In this document: positions 24,396-27,201 of the stretch, piece after piece
Layout: the number at the start of each line of letters is the position of its first letter
Position numbering within the stretch: the stretch's first letter is position 1
Source of the DNA: a bacterium
GTDB lineage: Bacteria; BMS3Abin14
Direction of reading: 5' to 3'
DNA length: 27,201 nt
Assembly: GCA_048061075.1 (NCBI GenBank)
Contig: JBGMRC010000002.1
Coordinates: 1-27,201 of the forward strand
Notes under the pieces: generated by a model
What the model was told of the DNA's origin: nothing
What the model saw: the letters and a program-made list of their open reading frames with translations, nothing else
Database searches by the model: none
Translations under genes and position numbers: made by a program

Positions 24396-26069
24396 ATGGC
24401 CAAAGGGGCTTACAGCGCCCGCTCAGCACAGACGTCAGGACTGGATTTTCTACTAAAAGTCCTGATGCTATTCAGGGTGGTTACTATCACCCTCCTGCTG
24501 GGAGTGACCGTGGTTGCCCAGGTAAAGGGCAGCCAGATCCTGTTCTTCGCTCCCCTCTACTATATCTATCTCCTCATAGTGGCGGTTTATCTCGCCACGA
24601 TCCTGTTTTCATCGGTCTTTCACCAGGTCACGGATATCAAACAGTTCAGTTTTATCCAGGTTGGCTTCGACCTTGTCCTGTATACCATCATTGTTTTCCT
24701 TTCAGGCGGGTATGAGAGCCCCTTCCCGTTTCTGTACCTCTTCTCGATCCTGTGGGCGTCCCTGGGCTTCCCGGGCGGGGGTTACTGGACCGCGTCCTTT
24801 TCATCTATCCTGTACGGCGCTGTAGTCGACCTTGGGTACTACGGCATTCTGCTGCCTCCTCACAAGGAGGCCCTGGCCCTCATCTCATCTTCCAACCCCT
24901 GGGATATAATCGGCAGGATCATGCTGTATATAACCGCATTTTTCGCCGTTGCCTTTCTCGGCAATCAGATGGGAAAAAGGTACAGGAGTACGGAGGAGGC
25001 CCTCACGGAGAAGACGGCGGATCTTGTCAGTCTCCAGCATCTTAGCGATATTGTTTTCGACAGTATCAACAGCGGTATTGTGGTCCTTGGTCCAGATGGG
25101 CGTGTTATTACGGTCAACTCATCCGGTGCAGATATCCTGGGGATCGATAACCCTGATGAGATCAATACCTTTGCCGGTGATATCTTTAACGATGTTCCCA
25201 TCGAAAATCTGTGCGAGAGCGCCGCGTCCGGTATGCTGAACCGGTGGGAGGGGATTTTCACCGACACTTCCGGCCGGCACTGTATCTTCGGCCTCTCCAT
25301 ATCAAGGCTCAAGGACCCCGAAAAGGGTTATGTGGTTGTCTTCCAGGATCTGACTGAATTCCGTGATATGGAGGAGAAGCTCAAATCCGCTGAAAAGCTT
25401 TCCGCTGTGGGACGCATGGCGGCGAGCATCGCCCATGAGGTAAGAAATCCCCTTGCTTCCATGAGCGGATCCATTCAGATGCTGAAAGATTCCCTGGAAC
25501 TCGGTACTGAGGACAACGATTTAATGGAGATAGTCCTGAGGGAGACTGGAAGACTGAATACCCTGGTAGAGGAGTTCCTGACCTACGCCCGTCCTCCTTC
25601 TCCCAGGTTCGAAAATGAGGACCTGAGAAAGATCGTCACTGAAACGATCACGATCCTGGAGGGGAGCGCCGACTCCAACGGTATTGTCCTTAAAGAGGAA
25701 ATACCCGACGGGCCTGTTATTATGGCAATGGATCCCGGACAGATGTACCAGATCCTTCACAACCTGGCCAAGAACTCCCTGGAGGCCATTGACGGCGGCG
25801 GGGAGATACTTATCAAACTTGAAATTCATGAAGACGAGGATCCACCTCGGGCTGTTCTATCTGTCGCTGACACGGGAAGCGGCATATCGGATGACATCCT
25901 CCCGGAGATCTTCGAGCCTTTTAAGACGACCAAACCCAAGGGCACGGGACTGGGACTCGCGATAGTCTACCAGCTGGTTCAGATACACAAGGGCACCATA
26001 GACGTTTTAACCGATCCGGAAAAGGGTACGACCATCACGATCACCCTTCCGGCCAGGAGTGAAGGATGA
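24396..26069 (+). CDS. pilS: Membrane sensor histidine kinase of the pil locus
   Basis: About 6 N-terminal TM helices; PAS; H-box GRMAASIAHEVRNPLAS; HATPase (DTGSG, FEPF.TTK.KGTGLGL). Lies between pilC and pilR. Confidence 0.9.
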   Translation: MAKGAYSARSAQTSGLDFLLKVLMLFRVVTITLLLGVTVVAQVKGSQILFFAPLYYIYLLIVAVYLATILFSSVFHQVTDIKQFSFIQVGFDLVLYTIIVFLSGGYESPFPFLYLFSILWASLGFPGGGYWTASFSSILYGAVVDLGYYGILLPPHKEALALISSSNPWDIIGRIMLYITAFFAVAFLGNQMGKRYRSTEEALTEKTADLVSLQHLSDIVFDSINSGIVVLGPDGRVITVNSSGADILGIDNPDEINTFAGDIFNDVPIENLCESAASGMLNRWEGIFTDTSGRHCIFGLSISRLKDPEKGYVVVFQDLTEFRDMEEKLKSAEKLSAVGRMAASIAHEVRNPLASMSGSIQMLKDSLELGTEDNDLMEIVLRETGRLNTLVEEFLTYARPPSPRFENEDLRKIVTETITILEGSADSNGIVLKEEIPDGPVIMAMDPGQMYQILHNLAKNSLEAIDGGGEILIKLEIHEDEDPPRAVLSVADTGSGISDDILPEIFEPFKTTKPKGTGLGLAIVYQLVQIHKGTIDVLTDPEKGTTITITLPARSEG

Positions 26070-27201
26070 GTGCTGGAGCCAAGGGTCGAATTCTGGTTGT
26101 GGACGATGAGAGAAGCATGCGGGAGATGCTGGATATTTTCCTCGGGCGGGAGGGGTACCAGGTAACTGAATGCGCCTCCGGGACGGAGGCCCTGCGCCTC
26201 CTGGACCAGAAGGAACCCTTCGACCTGGTAATAACCGATATTAATATGCCGGGTTTGTCCGGCTTCGACCTCTTAAGAGAGATAAGGGATAAATTTACAG
26301 ACCTTCCTGTTCTCATGATCACAGCGTACGGATCTCCCGATTCGGCAGTGGAAGCCATGAAGCTGGGTGCCACGGATTACATCACCAAGCCGTTCCGGAT
26401 CGAGGAGATAAAGGCCAGGATCAGCGCCTCTGTGGAGAGAAGACGTCTGGCAGAGGAAAACATCGAGCTGCAGCGGCTTTTGGACAGCAGGTACGGGTTC
26501 GACAACATTATAGGAAAGAGCGCCAAGATAAAGGGCGTATTCGACATGATCGGACGGCTTTCCGACATGGACAGCACTGTGGTTATTTCAGGGGAGAGCG
26601 GTACCGGCAAGGAGCTGATAGCCAGGGCCCTGCACCATCACAGCCCTTCCGGAAAGGGGCCTTTTGTCACGCTGAACTGCGGCGCTCTGGTTGAAACTCT
26701 CCTGGAAAGCGAGCTATTCGGCCACAAAAAAGGATCTTTTACGGGAGCCGAGTCGGACCGGGTGGGTCTTTTTGCCACTGCCAGCGGCGGGACCCTCTTT
26801 CTTGACGAGATCACTGAGACATCCATGGCGCTGCAGGTGAAGCTGCTCAGGGTTGTTCAGGAAGGTGAAGTAGTCCCCGTGGGTGACACACAGGCCCTGA
26901 GTGTGGATGTGCGGATCGTGGCCGCGACAAACAGGGATCTTGCCAGGGAAGTCAAGGAGGGGCGTTTCAGGGAGGATCTCTACTATCGCCTGAATGTAAT
27001 ACATATCCACGTTCCTCCCCTCAGGGAAAGGAAAGAGGACATCCCTCTTCTGGTGGAACACTTCCTGAAAACTCTGTCAGAAAGGCAGAATCAGGAAGTA
27101 AAGGAGGTGGCCCATGAGGCGATGGCAAGACTGATGGAATACAGCTTTCCAGGGAATGTCAGGGAACTGGAAAATATAATTGAAAGGGGCGTTGCCCTTT
27201 C
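26066..27201 (+). CDS. pilR: Sigma54-dependent response regulator PilR (3'-truncated by the window end; absent from the supplied ORF track)
   Basis: ATG 26066 overlaps the pilS stop (ATGA). Reads MSAGAKGRILVVDDERSMREML...TDINMP, then [23 protein letters not shown], and ...[16 protein letters not shown] in the same frame at the window edge. Confidence 0.92.
   Translation, partial: MSAGAKGRILVVDDERSMREMLDIFLGREGYQVTECASGTEALRLLDQKEPFDLVITDINMPGLSGFDLLREIRDKFTDLPVLMITAYGSPDSAVEAMKLGATDYITKPFRIEEIKARISASVERRRLAEENIELQRLLDSRYGFDNIIGKSAKIKGVFDMIGRLSDMDSTVVISGESGTGKELIARALHHHSPSGKGPFVTLNCGALVETLLESELFGHKKGSFTGAESDRVGLFATASGGTLFLDEITETSMALQVKLLRVVQEGEVVPVGDTQALSVDVRIVAATNRDLAREVKEGRFREDLYYRLNVIHIHVPPLRERKEDIPLLVEHFLKTLSERQNQEVKEVAHEAMARLMEYSFPGNVRELENIIERGVAL

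Overview
A 27.2 kb window from a probable Deltaproteobacteria/Desulfobacterota-type bacterium (inferred from the ribF-aroE-pilBTCSR gene order and Geobacter-style multiheme cytochromes). Every credible gene lies on the + strand. (1) 1-9176: a cell-envelope multiheme-cytochrome island with a 5'-truncated CxxCH/CX4CH cytochrome, a secreted Ig-repeat protein with a C-terminal lipoyl-like domain, an acidic outer-membrane beta-barrel, a PelC/CsgG-like lipoprotein, an NHL beta-propeller, a TlpA-like protein missing its CxxC segment, and an Ig-domain decaheme cytochrome. (2) 9354-12570: a ZraS/ZraR-like sigma54 two-component system. It is followed by a sigma54 promoter that reads into a ~130 nt structured RNA with no credible ORF, three RCCCCCAA motifs and an intrinsic terminator. 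This candidate sRNA is the best novelty lead. (3) 12868-13108: multi-hairpin repeat DNA. (4) 13274-14908: orphan cobM-like and cbiO-like genes. (5) 14983-20039: a tightly coupled run of TPR protein, yedE, cysteine desulfurase, DUF3343, ribF and aroE. (6) 20109-27201: type IV pilus locus pilB-pilT-pilC-pilS-pilR, with pilR truncated by the window end. No rRNA, tRNA, CRISPR array or transposase was seen. Family assignments come from motif recognition by eye, not from database searches.
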